Part shown: piece by piece, positions 19,745-29,039 of the stretch
Position numbering within the stretch: position 1 is the first letter of the stretch
Layout of the letters: every line of letters starts with the position of its first letter
Origin: a virus
Taxonomy: Duplodnaviria; Heunggongvirae; Uroviricota; Caudoviricetes
Strand: one strand, 5' to 3'
IMG/VR virus record: IMGVR_UViG_3300035682_000012
Coordinates: 6,073-70,072 of that record
DNA: 64,000 bases
Position numbers and translations under genes: made by a program
The notes under the pieces: model-generated
What the model saw: only the letters and a program-made list of their open reading frames with translations
Databases searched by the model: none
What the model was told of the DNA's origin: nothing

Positions 19745-20346
19745 TTCGGTCAGTTTTAAAATAAACGGGTTAGGTGGTCGCTATTTTGAAGGGGTAAGTA
19801 TAAAGGGAGTAACCAAGCAACCATTTGAGAATAGTATTTATTCTGTCCTAACCCGTTATAACTAAGATACGATAATTTATTTAATCTACCAAATTATATT
19901 GAATCTTTTTGTGTGGGGTATGTGTGTAAAAATAGTCTCTAAAAAATTTTGCGGTCCGACTGAATGGATGGATAAGGTCTAAATGCCGTTGTGATACCTA
20001 TTGTTTCCTTTCCATTCTCTTTGTAACCCTTATTAGTGTTATATTGTGGGGGTTTGTGGGTATAAGTGGGAAATTATTGTACGATGGACCTTATTATTGC
20101 GTTATTTGGTATCAATATACATAAATAGGGATATGATACACTTATACCCGTTATTTGATACCATCTAATAAATGATACTATCTAATTCTTTTACTTCGCT
20201 CCTTATCCCATTGGTAAGTAAAGAAAGCTATGAATAGGGGTGTTATAATCCATTGATACCATTCTACCTTTGTTAATTGTGTAAAGTACAAAAGGAACAT
20301 AATTGTATTTAGTATTGCGAGTGTGAGTGATATGTTTTTATTCATA

Positions 20347-20673
20347 TTAATTATTCATTTGTAGTATTAACTCTATATTGTGTAGAAACATATCTTTCCA
20401 ACGGATTTGTGCAATTGTTAATTGTTTTCTACGTTGTGGCTCTAACATATTGTATAAGGTATAGTAATTATAAGTGTCCATACCTTTACCTTTTACTTTA
20501 TTCCTTTGTAGTATTAAGATTTCATCCCCTTTTGTAAATGTGTTATTAGTAGAATGGATATTGATTTGATAATAGTCTTCGTATTCATATACACCTTCTA
20601 TATTATACCCATCAGTTGTACGATGTAATACCCTTTCACCTTTCAGTTTACTTCTATTGTGTATTGTTAGCAT
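20347..20673 (-). CDS. MLTIKN-family small protein
   Basis: N-terminus MLTIHNRSKLKG; ~105 aa like its paralogs. Confidence 0.6.
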   Translation of the reverse strand: MLTIHNRSKLKGERVLHRTTDGYNIEGVYEYEDYYQINIHSTNNTFTKGDEILILQRNKVKGKGMDTYNYYTLYNMLEPQRRKQLTIAQIRWKDMFLHNIELILQMNN

Positions 20674-20775
20674 ATCCTTTACTTTATTAGTTTTATTATT
20701 TCTATATACACTACTATCATTATTAGTGTTATTATCATTACGCTTATAGTTAGTGTTAGTAGTGACATAGTATTC

Positions 20776-21024
20776 TTATACATTCCTTAGTTCCATACAT
20801 ACACTACATACATTATCTGAATCCTTTTTTATATTATGTATATTACAATATTGGGTTTCTTTACTATGTGTATTATATGTATTGTTATCTGAACTACCGC
20901 TACTATTTCCTTTGCCACTTTTTTCTCTTATCCAATTATACATCCAATCGTTTTGATTACTCATATCGATTATTTTTATATCTTTTTCCGTGTATCTATA
21001 ATTCATATCAATTATTTTTTCCAC
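20776..21024 (-). CDS. hypothetical protein (82 aa), C-terminal CxxC
   Basis: Minus-strand ORF. Confidence 0.45.
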   Translation of the reverse strand: MEKIIDMNYRYTEKDIKIIDMSNQNDWMYNWIREKSGKGNSSGSSDNNTYNTHSKETQYCNIHNIKKDSDNVCSVCMELRNV

Positions 21025-21311
21025 TCACCACTCTTTAATAAGTTTGTTATATAATCCATACTTTGTAATGTAGTAAGGTATACGGGTGCATCATACGTTT
21101 TACCTTTGTATATTACACACGTTGGATGCCATACCATACTACCATTATCTAATTCTAACTTATTCATATTATCTACGTTTGATTTGTTTATTGATTATCT
21201 TATTAAGGTATATAGTTGATACCCTACTTGCCTTACCCCTTTGCCTTATACCCCATATTAAATTATTGATTAAGAATATACTCTTTATACTATGTGCTCT
21301 ATTCATATTAA

Positions 21312-21641
21312 TTACATTTCAATTATTGTTTTCAATTCATACATCATACTATCCATCGTATCAATATTTTCTATTCTTATTATACATCTATTCAATACAC
21401 CTATTACGATATCAATAGAAGTTATCATATATTCATACTCACTCGCTCCATCCGGCCTTTCACGTCCTATCTTCATTGTCAATTCATTATTATGATTTTT
21501 TGAGAATGCATCGCTGGTCCCTATAATTATTTCATATGCCGATTTGTTTTCCCTTACATCTAATATCTTCCATGATTCGGTCATAGAATGTGTCATAATA
21601 TATTGACCTTTTAATTTCTTATAGTTTTGTATTGTTAGCAT
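21312..21641 (-). CDS. MLTIKN-family small protein (true start at internal MLTIQNYKKLKG)
   Basis: The ORF-table extension overlaps the next paralog; internal ATG gives a ~110 aa family-sized protein. Confidence 0.55.
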   Translation of the reverse strand: MLTIQNYKKLKGQYIMTHSMTESWKILDVRENKSAYEIIIGTSDAFSKNHNNELTMKIGRERPDGASEYEYMITSIDIVIGVLNRCIIRIENIDTMDSMMYELKTIIEM

Positions 21642-21646
21642 AAGGT

Positions 21647-21925
21647 TTATATTATATTTGCCATAAAATGTGTCATAGTTAGTAAAAACTTTTTGCAATC
21701 CAATACATCCTTTTTTTGTACCCACATTTGCTGCCCTTCATATGTCATACAATAGTAATCCTTATATGGATGATTGATTTGTGGTGGGTGTATACGGCTT
21801 AGAGTGACCTTATTTAGTGGGTATCCGTTATCAATCCAAAATACATACGCCCAATCAATTTCTTGCACTCTAACATTTACCTTTGTATAATTTCTTATCC
21901 TATCTATGTTATGTATTGTCAACAT
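21647..21925 (-). CDS. MLTIKN-family small protein
   Basis: MLTIHNIDRIRNY. Confidence 0.6.
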   Translation of the reverse strand: MLTIHNIDRIRNYTKVNVRVQEIDWAYVFWIDNGYPLNKVTLSRIHPPQINHPYKDYYCMTYEGQQMWVQKKDVLDCKKFLLTMTHFMANII

Positions 21926-22246
21926 TTATATTGCGTTTAATATTTGCTCAATTTCATTCCTAAATTTCTCGGGTGTGTTTAACCTTTCTTTTATATAATG
22001 AAATAGTAATCCATCAATTTCAATTCCATAAACATAACAATCTTTATTTTGGCTGTTATCAAACACTATACGTCCCTTTTTATGTAGGGTTATATTTTTT
22101 CTTACCAAATGTGGCGGTGATACCTCTCTTATTGAAAAATGTGTAACCTCACTCGTAGTATTATCCCAACCTTTGAAATACCATCCTTTGCCTTTTACAT
22201 TTAATGAATACCCATTTATTTTATGGATGTTTTTAAGTATTAGCAT
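21926..22246 (-). CDS. MLTIKN-family small protein
   Basis: MLILKNIHKINGY. Confidence 0.6.
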   Translation of the reverse strand: MLILKNIHKINGYSLNVKGKGWYFKGWDNTTSEVTHFSIREVSPPHLVRKNITLHKKGRIVFDNSQNKDCYVYGIEIDGLLFHYIKERLNTPEKFRNEIEQILNAI

Positions 22247-22550
22247 CTTCGTCTCTTTTTATATTTGCAATTATACAATTCATATAATAGATTAGCCCTA
22301 CGGGTGATATATCAATAGGGCGTATTAGGACCTCATATAATTTACCATTACGATTTGTTTTCATTCTATACATGCCCATTACTTCATCCTTATTCCTATC
22401 AAATGTAACGTACCATTGTGTTGATTTGTAATGGCCTACATTAGTTAGTACAAATTGATATTCGGTAGGGGCTTCAATTGCTTCATACACTTCCCACTTA
22501 TCCGTTATTTGTTTGCCGTTAATTTTTTCTATGTTTCTTATCTTTAGCAT
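22233..22550 (-). CDS. MLTIKN-family small protein
   Basis: MLKIRNIEKINGK. Confidence 0.6.
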   Translation of the reverse strand: MLKIRNIEKINGKQITDKWEVYEAIEAPTEYQFVLTNVGHYKSTQWYVTFDRNKDEVMGMYRMKTNRNGKLYEVLIRPIDISPVGLIYYMNCIIANIKRDEDANT

Positions 22551-22551
22551 A

Positions 22552-22851
22552 TTATTTCATTATCATTTCAACCGCTCTTATAAAAGTTTGTTTATTACTT
22601 ATTTGTTCTACCTTTAATAACATACTATTAATAGGAGTAGCTTCATTCCATATTATATAACCCTTATCCGTTTTAAATCTATTCAATACAATTTTAATAT
22701 CACTATACGTTTTATTTATATGTCTCAAATGAATATGATATTGTTCGTTACCCTCTTGATTCCAACTCCATGTGTTAAGTACATAATAAACTCCCGTACC
22801 ACCATCAATTCTTTGATTGATTAGTGTAAACATATTTTCTATTGTTAGCAT
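22552..22851 (-). CDS. MLTIKN-family small protein (start at internal MLTIENMF)
   Basis: Family N-terminus at an internal ATG; the conserved 'attgttagcat' on the + strand marks the start. Confidence 0.55.
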   Translation of the reverse strand: MLTIENMFTLINQRIDGGTGVYYVLNTWSWNQEGNEQYHIHLRHINKTYSDIKIVLNRFKTDKGYIIWNEATPINSMLLKVEQISNKQTFIRAVEMIMK

Positions 22852-22922
22852 TGTATATATAGTTTTTACTATCAAAAAAATTTAGGTAACGACACTTTTT
22901 TCCCCCAACCCCCGCCCGCCGT

Positions 22923-23099
22923 TATTTACTTATTCTTTTGTTTATTAAATTCTTCTATTAAACTTTCTATCATATCATCCCCTAAATGAATATTATGTAA
23001 GAATTTAATCATAGAATATTGTGCTAAATACATTGATGTGGATACTTTTTTATCCCCGTCTACTAATTCTATTCTAATTTGTGCTTCTGTATTTTCCAT
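22923..23099 (-). CDS. small hypothetical protein (58 aa, MENTEAQIRIELVDG...)
   Basis: ORF just below the table cutoff, filling the gap between two family members. Confidence 0.35.
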
Positions 23100-23110
23100 A
23101 TTATTTTGTT

Positions 23111-23434
23111 TTATTTACTGAAACTATCTAATTGTCCGCCTAACATACCAGGAAACATTTTGAAATCTAATAAACCTTTTGTTAGTGTTACACAATTACT
23201 ATTTTGGTCATTATACATTCGCCATTCGTTTGCTGTACTATCGAATTCATTATATCTTAATATTTTAAATTTTATATACTTTGGATGCTTTACTCCGAAT
23301 GATTTACCATAATCAAATCTAACTTTGATATTATAATCATATTTTAGTTCCTCTATACTCATTACTACCCAATGTGCATGCACTGTCTCTATTTTAGTTC
23401 CTTCTATCTTTTGTATATTACCTATTTTTAGCAT
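23111..23434 (-). CDS. MLTIKN-family small protein
   Basis: MLKIGNIQKIEGT. Confidence 0.6.
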   Translation of the reverse strand: MLKIGNIQKIEGTKIETVHAHWVVMSIEELKYDYNIKVRFDYGKSFGVKHPKYIKFKILRYNEFDSTANEWRMYNDQNSNCVTLTKGLLDFKMFPGMLGGQLDSFSK

Positions 23435-23435
23435 A

Positions 23436-23747
23436 CTATTCGTTTAACATTTTATCAATTGCTTGCTTTATAAAGTACGGGCTTATTTGATGTAAACTTA
23501 ACCACCTATTTATTTTAGTTTGGTCAAAATCTTTATACAATCTATAAACAGGTTCGTTTCTACCGCTTACATATTGGCTCTCTCTATTCAAATAAAATAT
23601 ATTTTGTATTTTACCATTTATAGAAACAGCAAATCCATATACATCTTTATAAGTATCAACTGCTTCAGTTGCCTTAATTATATGCCATTTGTAAGGTAGT
23701 GGTGATGTTATGTTTATTATCTTATCTATGTTTTGTATTTTTAGCAT
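23436..23747 (-). CDS. MLTIKN-family small protein
   Basis: MLKIQNIDKIINI. Confidence 0.6.
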   Translation of the reverse strand: MLKIQNIDKIINITSPLPYKWHIIKATEAVDTYKDVYGFAVSINGKIQNIFYLNRESQYVSGRNEPVYRLYKDFDQTKINRWLSLHQISPYFIKQAIDKMLNE

Positions 23748-23758
23748 ATCATTTTTAT

Positions 23759-24073
23759 TTAACCTAATGCAACTAATCTTAACTTGTCAATGAATATATC
23801 CATATTACCAATTTCTTTTGGTGTTATGTAGTATATGTGTCCCGTGCTACTATGTAATTTATAATCATAGTTACCATCACGTCCCACCTCATCCCTATCT
23901 AATGTGACCGTTATTGCCCATTTTCTATTAGTTAATTCAAATATGTATTTATGGTTTTTTGTAGTGAACATTGCTCCATCCATATCAAATTTTTCCTCAA
24001 CCCTTTCTACATAAAAGTTTTTCTTACCGAGTGTTTTATGCTGTATCTTATTTATGTTTTGTATTCGTAGCAT
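23759..24073 (-). CDS. MLTIKN-family small protein
   Basis: MLRIQNINKIQHK. Confidence 0.6.
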   Translation of the reverse strand: MLRIQNINKIQHKTLGKKNFYVERVEEKFDMDGAMFTTKNHKYIFELTNRKWAITVTLDRDEVGRDGNYDYKLHSSTGHIYYITPKEIGNMDIFIDKLRLVALG

Positions 24074-24074
24074 A

Positions 24075-24317
24075 CTATTTATTTAAAAACCATTTTCCAA
24101 ATTTGAATATCATTTTGAAAATACCAATTATTAAAATCATAGGTATTATCACCGGCCAAAATATAGAGAATGCAGTAAATGCTTGTTCATTACTATCCCA
24201 GTCATCCCATTCCATTTTACGATTATCATAATCAAATCCAATTTTCACTCCAAAGTATTTGAAAAATGTTAGTGTCAATAAAAATCCTATTATGTATATT
24301 GTTATTATTGTTATCAT
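24075..24317 (-). CDS. small membrane protein (80 aa, 2 TM)
   Basis: Hydrophobic segments IITIYIIGFLLTLTFF and WPVIIPMILIIGIF. Confidence 0.5.
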   Translation of the reverse strand: MITIITIYIIGFLLTLTFFKYFGVKIGFDYDNRKMEWDDWDSNEQAFTAFSIFWPVIIPMILIIGIFKMIFKFGKWFLNK

Positions 24318-24526
24318 ATGTTATTCCATTTATTTGCGAAGTTATTATCATTTTTAAGTAAATAATCAAACTCTTCTATTTTTAATATTCTAAATTTTCC
24401 GGTAGAGTCTTCCACTAACCAATTATCATAAAGCCAATCATCTAAATCACCTACATCTGATTTTCTCCATAGTTCGTCCATTCCGTTACCATAGTTATCA
24501 TATAGTGTTTCTAATGCTGTTTTCAT
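24314..24526 (-). CDS. hypothetical protein (70 aa)
   Basis: Minus-strand ORF, ATGA overlap with the next gene. Confidence 0.5.
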   Translation of the reverse strand: MKTALETLYDNYGNGMDELWRKSDVGDLDDWLYDNWLVEDSTGKFRILKIEEFDYLLKNDNNFANKWNNI

Positions 24527-24654
24527 TTTATTTCTTCGATTTTGATGCTTTAATCAATTTTGATGCTTTAATCAATAGTATTGTTATCCATACTACTGCC
24601 GTCAATACACATGCTATTTCTACTATCAATGCTATCGTTGCTATTGTTTTCATT

Positions 24655-25524
24655 CTATATAAATTTTATTATTGCTAAATCTTTTTGTTTTGCTTCTACC
24701 ATTATGTCCACTATGTTGCCGTATGTTTCAGGAATCCTTTCAATGAAATCACTATGTGCCTGTGGCTTACTACCCATCTTACTTTCAGAATAGTGAACTG
24801 CCGGTGTTATACCTTTCGGCCATGTACTCATAGCTAACTCTAATGCATCTTGCTCACTTAAATTTCCGGTATTGAATGTGTGATGATGATAATCAAATAC
24901 AATAGGTATCTTTATTGCATTGTGAATATACATTAAGTCTTTAACTGAATACATACTCGCCTTATCGTCATTCTCAATTGTTAATCTGCTCTTTACTGAA
25001 TCAGATAGTAGTTTAAAATTATCTATGAACCTATCCATCGCACTTTGCTTATCACCATACACTCCGTTACAATGTATATTGATTTTATTGTAAGGTGTTT
25101 TAGATAATCCTATCGCATCCATCAACCTACCATGCACTTCTAAATCATTTATTGTATTTTGTACTACCGCTTCTTTTGGTGAAACTAATACATTAAAAGG
25201 ACCTGGATGAAATGATAATCTTTGTCCATACTTTGTTGCTTTATCACCACATCTTTTTAGTATGATTGCAATTTCATTCCAATCTTTTAATTGTTCAAAT
25301 TGATATTCAGTAGCCCATGGCATCATATCGGAACTCATACGATACATCTTAATACCATTCTGCTCATTCCATTCTATAATCCGTTCTAAGTCCGCTACAT
25401 TTTGTATAACACAATCCGATACATAATCCAGTCCCTTTTCTAAAAAAGTTCTCTTAATCATTGTTCGGTTTGTAGTGACCTTTTTACCCAAACTCATATT
25501 AATACATGCATATCCTAAATTCAT
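24655..25524 (-). CDS. uvdE: UV DNA damage endonuclease (UvdE/Uve1 family)
   Basis: 'TIENDDK', 'VFDYHHH', 'MVEAKQKDLAI' and the overall TIM-barrel UVDE layout, co-linear with bacterial UvdE. Confidence 0.88.
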   Translation of the reverse strand: MNLGYACINMSLGKKVTTNRTMIKRTFLEKGLDYVSDCVIQNVADLERIIEWNEQNGIKMYRMSSDMMPWATEYQFEQLKDWNEIAIILKRCGDKATKYGQRLSFHPGPFNVLVSPKEAVVQNTINDLEVHGRLMDAIGLSKTPYNKINIHCNGVYGDKQSAMDRFIDNFKLLSDSVKSRLTIENDDKASMYSVKDLMYIHNAIKIPIVFDYHHHTFNTGNLSEQDALELAMSTWPKGITPAVHYSESKMGSKPQAHSDFIERIPETYGNIVDIMVEAKQKDLAIIKFI

Positions 25525-25694
25525 ACTTTCTTTGTTTTTCGTTTGAGTAATTCGGTTTCTATTTTAGATATTCTACCTTCCATAGAATGTATTTTAAATC
25601 TATGTATGAAATTACCTAATATTGTTTTAGGTATTCTAGCTTGCTCTGCAATCAATGATGCTTTCATTGCTCTTAGAATTTTTCTTAGTGCCAT
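25521..25694 (-). CDS. small protein (57 aa, MALRKILRAMKASLIAEQARIPK...)
   Basis: The ORF-table start is TTG-derived; the internal ATG at 25694 lies 24 nt downstream of the promoter-like motif. Confidence 0.45.
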   Translation of the reverse strand: MALRKILRAMKASLIAEQARIPKTILGNFIHRFKIHSMEGRISKIETELLKRKTKKV

Positions 25695-25715
25695 ACTATG
25701 AATTAGTTTATACTT

Positions 25716-25725
25716 AAAGATACGA
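25716..25725 (-). promoter_or_regulatory. promoter-like motif AAAGATACGA
   Basis: 24 nt upstream of the ATG at 25694. Confidence 0.5.
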
Positions 25726-25796
25726 AATATATATGAAACTATCAAAAAAAAATTAGGTTAAACGACCTTCGCTCAACCCCCGCCCCTTCCCGCTGA

Positions 25797-26180
25797 TTAT
25801 ATTGTTTGCATACAAATTATAATCTTATCCGTTGTGTCAAACTCATCTTTATTTAACCATAATGTGTGACCATTATATTCCAGTATATAACATCCATTTT
25901 CGGTTTGCTTTCTATGTAATAAGAAAGTTTCTATTTGGCTCATTTCTTTATTAGCCAATGTAAATTCATAATGATATTGATTCTCGTTTGCACCAATTAC
26001 TTTTAACCAATCACTATATTCTTGTCCGATTAATTGTTGCGGATTTTTTATTGTTAGCATATTATTTTGTTTTATCATTCGGTCATCAAACACACTCATA
26101 TCACATACATCGCACCAGTCAGTATCATCATAGTTAATTGGATTGTTGCATCTAATACAATCATGTACATTCATATCCAT
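25797..26180 (-). CDS. zinc-ribbon N-terminal extension fused to an MLTIKN-family domain
   Basis: 'CIRCNN ... CDVCDMS' (2x CxxC) in frame upstream of 'MLTIKNPQQLIG'. Confidence 0.5.
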   Translation of the reverse strand: MDMNVHDCIRCNNPINYDDTDWCDVCDMSVFDDRMIKQNNMLTIKNPQQLIGQEYSDWLKVIGANENQYHYEFTLANKEMSQIETFLLHRKQTENGCYILEYNGHTLWLNKDEFDTTDKIIICMQTI

Positions 26181-26500
26181 TTCATTTTTGATATATCTTG
26201 AATAATTGCATTCATATCAGTTGCTACCCAATTCCAATTCTTTATTAATACCTTATCTATATAACGAGTTTCTGTTGTCCTATAAACGTAACTATTAATT
26301 ATACCCCACATACCATACTTACCCTCAGGATTAGCTTCTCTTGCTAAATAGATAGAACACAATGGTATGCAATCCTTATCCCTTATTCTAAATTCATATA
26401 CCAATTTTTTTTCCTCTACATCATATATGGTGCAACGTTCAAACAGGAAAAAATCACTTTCTGTCATTGGGTTACCTATATAATTCTTTATTGTTAGCAT
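26171..26500 (-). CDS. MLTIKN-family small protein
   Basis: MLTIKNYIGNP. Confidence 0.6.
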   Translation of the reverse strand: MLTIKNYIGNPMTESDFFLFERCTIYDVEEKKLVYEFRIRDKDCIPLCSIYLAREANPEGKYGMWGIINSYVYRTTETRYIDKVLIKNWNWVATDMNAIIQDISKMKWI

Positions 26501-26501
26501 A

Positions 26502-26798
26502 CTATTTAATTATAAGTTCGGTAATTCGTTTTATCATTTTCCGCTTTGTATCGATTTTATTCTTTGCTAATAAACTTCGTTGAACATTTCCATTCTTATC
26601 CCAATACCATAATTCATATAATGCCGTGTCACCTCGTCCAATTGGTGTCCGCTCTAAACTCATTTCAAATCCAATGTTATGGTTATTAGCCACTACTATT
26701 CTATATTGAGTTTCAGTTTCCTCAACATTATGGATAAATACAGTCGTATCTCTAATCTTTGTATTTACAATTTCAATATAATTCTTAATTGTTAGCAT
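26502..26798 (-). CDS. MLTIKN-family small protein (start at internal MLTIKNYIEI)
   Basis: Internal ATG gives the family N-terminus. Confidence 0.55.
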   Translation of the reverse strand: MLTIKNYIEIVNTKIRDTTVFIHNVEETETQYRIVVANNHNIGFEMSLERTPIGRGDTALYELWYWDKNGNVQRSLLAKNKIDTKRKMIKRITELIIK

Positions 26799-27085
26799 AT
26801 CAATCCGTTTATACACCTAACTACATATCGCATATTTTTTAGTTGGTCTTTTGTTATTGCCATATACTCCGTACCATATGTTAGTATGAACAATCCAATA
26901 GGTGTAGGTTTGCGGCTTATAGTACAATATATAAAATAGTTATAACCACGATTATTTATACTGATATGATAATGATTGAGTGAACTTCTAATTTTATTTA
27001 TAGACCAACCATTCCCTACATCTGATAATACAATGTTCTCACTATTTTTTATCGTTATCCGATTTTGTTTCAATGTTGGCTGCAT
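26792..27085 (-). CDS. divergent MLTIKN-family member (..NRITIKNSENI..)
   Basis: Family-like length and 'ITIKN' near the N-terminus. Confidence 0.45.
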   Translation of the reverse strand: MQPTLKQNRITIKNSENIVLSDVGNGWSINKIRSSLNHYHISINNRGYNYFIYCTISRKPTPIGLFILTYGTEYMAITKDQLKNMRYVVRCINGLIC

Positions 27086-27329
27086 TTAAAAGTTCAGTTA
27101 GTAATTTATTACCATTAACATCTTTTTTCTTACTAAGATTAGTATTAATTTCTGATAAAATTTCTACACCCTTTGTGCTATCATGTTCTTTGATACCCGC
27201 TAACTTTTGTAAATGTTCTACAACTTCCGGTTCAGGTGCATACACTTTTGGATTCAATAAACGTTTTTGTTCTTGCTTTGCACCTACTAACCAACCGATA
27301 ATAAATGCCATAATTAATAATACTATCAT
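27042..27329 (-). CDS. small single-pass membrane protein
   Basis: N-terminal TM MIVLLIMAFIIGWLVGA. Confidence 0.5.
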   Translation of the reverse strand: MIVLLIMAFIIGWLVGAKQEQKRLLNPKVYAPEPEVVEHLQKLAGIKEHDSTKGVEILSEINTNLSKKKDVNGNKLLTELLNAANIETKSDNDKK

Positions 27330-27332
27330 AAT

Positions 27333-27638
27333 TTATTTCTTTTTATGTTTTTCTTTTAATGTTGTTATAATCACATTACGAACTTCTGCTTCAAATTCCT
27401 TACTATGTTCTCTCGCATAATCCGTTTGTGTTTTTGGTTTACTACCAATTGAGCCCATTGTGTCATCATTTAGTGAACTAGTTTTATACGGGTAAACTGC
27501 TCCTGTAATTTCCATATCAAAATACCCACCATCTTTTTTAATTTGATTGGTTAATTGTTTTGTACCTTGTTTTATTCCTACCATAAATGCAACACACCAT
27601 ACAATAATCAATACAATTAGTGTTATTATAATTTCCAT
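27333..27638 (-). CDS. small single-pass membrane protein
   Basis: N-terminal TM MEIIITLIVLIIVWCVAFMVGI. Confidence 0.5.
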   Translation of the reverse strand: MEIIITLIVLIIVWCVAFMVGIKQGTKQLTNQIKKDGGYFDMEITGAVYPYKTSSLNDDTMGSIGSKPKTQTDYAREHSKEFEAEVRNVIITTLKEKHKKK

Positions 27639-27979
27639 AACTTAGTTTTTTTCTTTTTTGGTTTAACAAATAAATTTATACCAATACCATGTTCATCACC
27701 CGATACTAAATCGTATGAACTATAAAGATATATTTTTTTATTCTTTTTATCAATGATTGCCCTATCAATATAAATCATTTGATATTGTTCATTCGTTTCC
27801 TTTTCAATTCTATTTTTCCAATGTTCTCTTTGCCATTCAACCAAATCTCTAAATTGATTGTAATGTATTGTGTCTCTATTTGGATACTGTGCATTTACTA
27901 AGCATACCCACAATAACGATACTAATAAAATTGCTATTACTTTTTTCATATTACTTTGTTTTACTTTTTTTGTTCTCAC
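27626..27979 (-). CDS. secreted/periplasmic small protein with signal peptide
   Basis: 'MKKVIAILLVSLLWVCLVNAQ' signal-peptide-like N-terminus. Confidence 0.5.
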   Translation of the reverse strand: MRTKKVKQSNMKKVIAILLVSLLWVCLVNAQYPNRDTIHYNQFRDLVEWQREHWKNRIEKETNEQYQMIYIDRAIIDKKNKKIYLYSSYDLVSGDEHGIGINLFVKPKKKKTKLWKL

Positions 27980-28060
27980 TTATTTTTTCATCTAATATTG
28001 TTATGCCAAATATAAGAATTGTCATTCCGCAAAATACAATCATTGAGTAATCCATATCAT

Positions 28061-28381
28061 TTAGTTTTTATGTGCTATACCTTTTTTATTAAATAAGTCA
28101 TCGTAGCTACCACTTTCGTTTTCAATAACTTCATCTTGTTCTAGTGAACCCATAACCCTTACTGCTTCTACAAATCCTTCGGTGAATATTAACTTTTCAT
28201 TTTCATCGCTACCACTATAAAATTGTGCAGCAAATCCAGTTAATGTTTCTAAGTTTTCGATTTGTTCTTTTAACTTATCCACACGTACTTGCTTAGACCA
28301 TTTACCCATATTGTTTACTGATTCATAGTATTTCCAATATTCTAATTCCTCTTTTAGTTTTTTTAATGCTTTTGTTTCCAT
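28061..28381 (-). CDS. hypothetical coiled-coil protein (106 aa)
   Basis: Minus-strand ORF. Confidence 0.5.
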   Translation of the reverse strand: METKALKKLKEELEYWKYYESVNNMGKWSKQVRVDKLKEQIENLETLTGFAAQFYSGSDENEKLIFTEGFVEAVRVMGSLEQDEVIENESGSYDDLFNKKGIAHKN

Positions 28382-28397
28382 TGTATTTTTATTAATG

Positions 28398-29039
28398 TTA
28401 AAAAGGATTTGATGGTGTATGTAATTTTAATTCATCAATTTGTCTTTGTAACTCTTTTATTGTATCTACTATTGAACCATGTGTATATGTTGTATTACCA
28501 TTAGTGTAAACAATATTAGTTCCATTTGTAGTTATACCGGGTGAATGAACACCATGTGTTGGTGCTGATGTTAATTGTCTACTTAACATTTCATCAATTA
28601 TTTCCTCATACCTTACTCTAAATAAAGCAATAGTTCTAATATCAACTAATTCTATTTTGTGTTTTATATTCAAGCCGTTGCCATCCAATAATTTAAGTAT
28701 GTGTTCACCATACGCAGGTGTTATGCCCCCACACCCCAATAATAATTCTAAATGCCATTTTGGTTTTTGTGGTAAGTTTAAATTTAATACATCTGCATAA
28801 TAACATTCACCTGTTGCATTATGTATTGGATTAACTATCGTATAACCTTTGTATGTAAACCCACTAGTCTTATCCCAATTCTTAATTTTCATAGGTTTCT
28901 TTAATTTACTTTTATTTGTTGGTACATCTTTGCCACCCCATACTCCTAATAAACAACTGATATGGTCATAATTAACTAAGTAATCATAATCCGTATTAGA
29001 TGTATCATTGCCACATATACTACATACCCATTGATTCAT
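28398..29039 (-). CDS. hypothetical protein (213 aa), N-terminal CxxC
   Basis: Minus-strand ORF. Confidence 0.5.
   Translation of the reverse strand: MNQWVCSICGNDTSNTDYDYLVNYDHISCLLGVWGGKDVPTNKSKLKKPMKIKNWDKTSGFTYKGYTIVNPIHNATGECYYADVLNLNLPQKPKWHLELLLGCGGITPAYGEHILKLLDGNGLNIKHKIELVDIRTIALFRVRYEEIIDEMLSRQLTSAPTHGVHSPGITTNGTNIVYTNGNTTYTHGSIVDTIKELQRQIDELKLHTPSNPF

Noticed and set aside
24536-24580. Tandem direct repeats (24536..24580) and the repeated intergenic elements considered as a possible CRISPR array
   Set aside because: Only 2-3 copies, with no regular repeat-spacer periodicity and different sequences. No cas genes are present.
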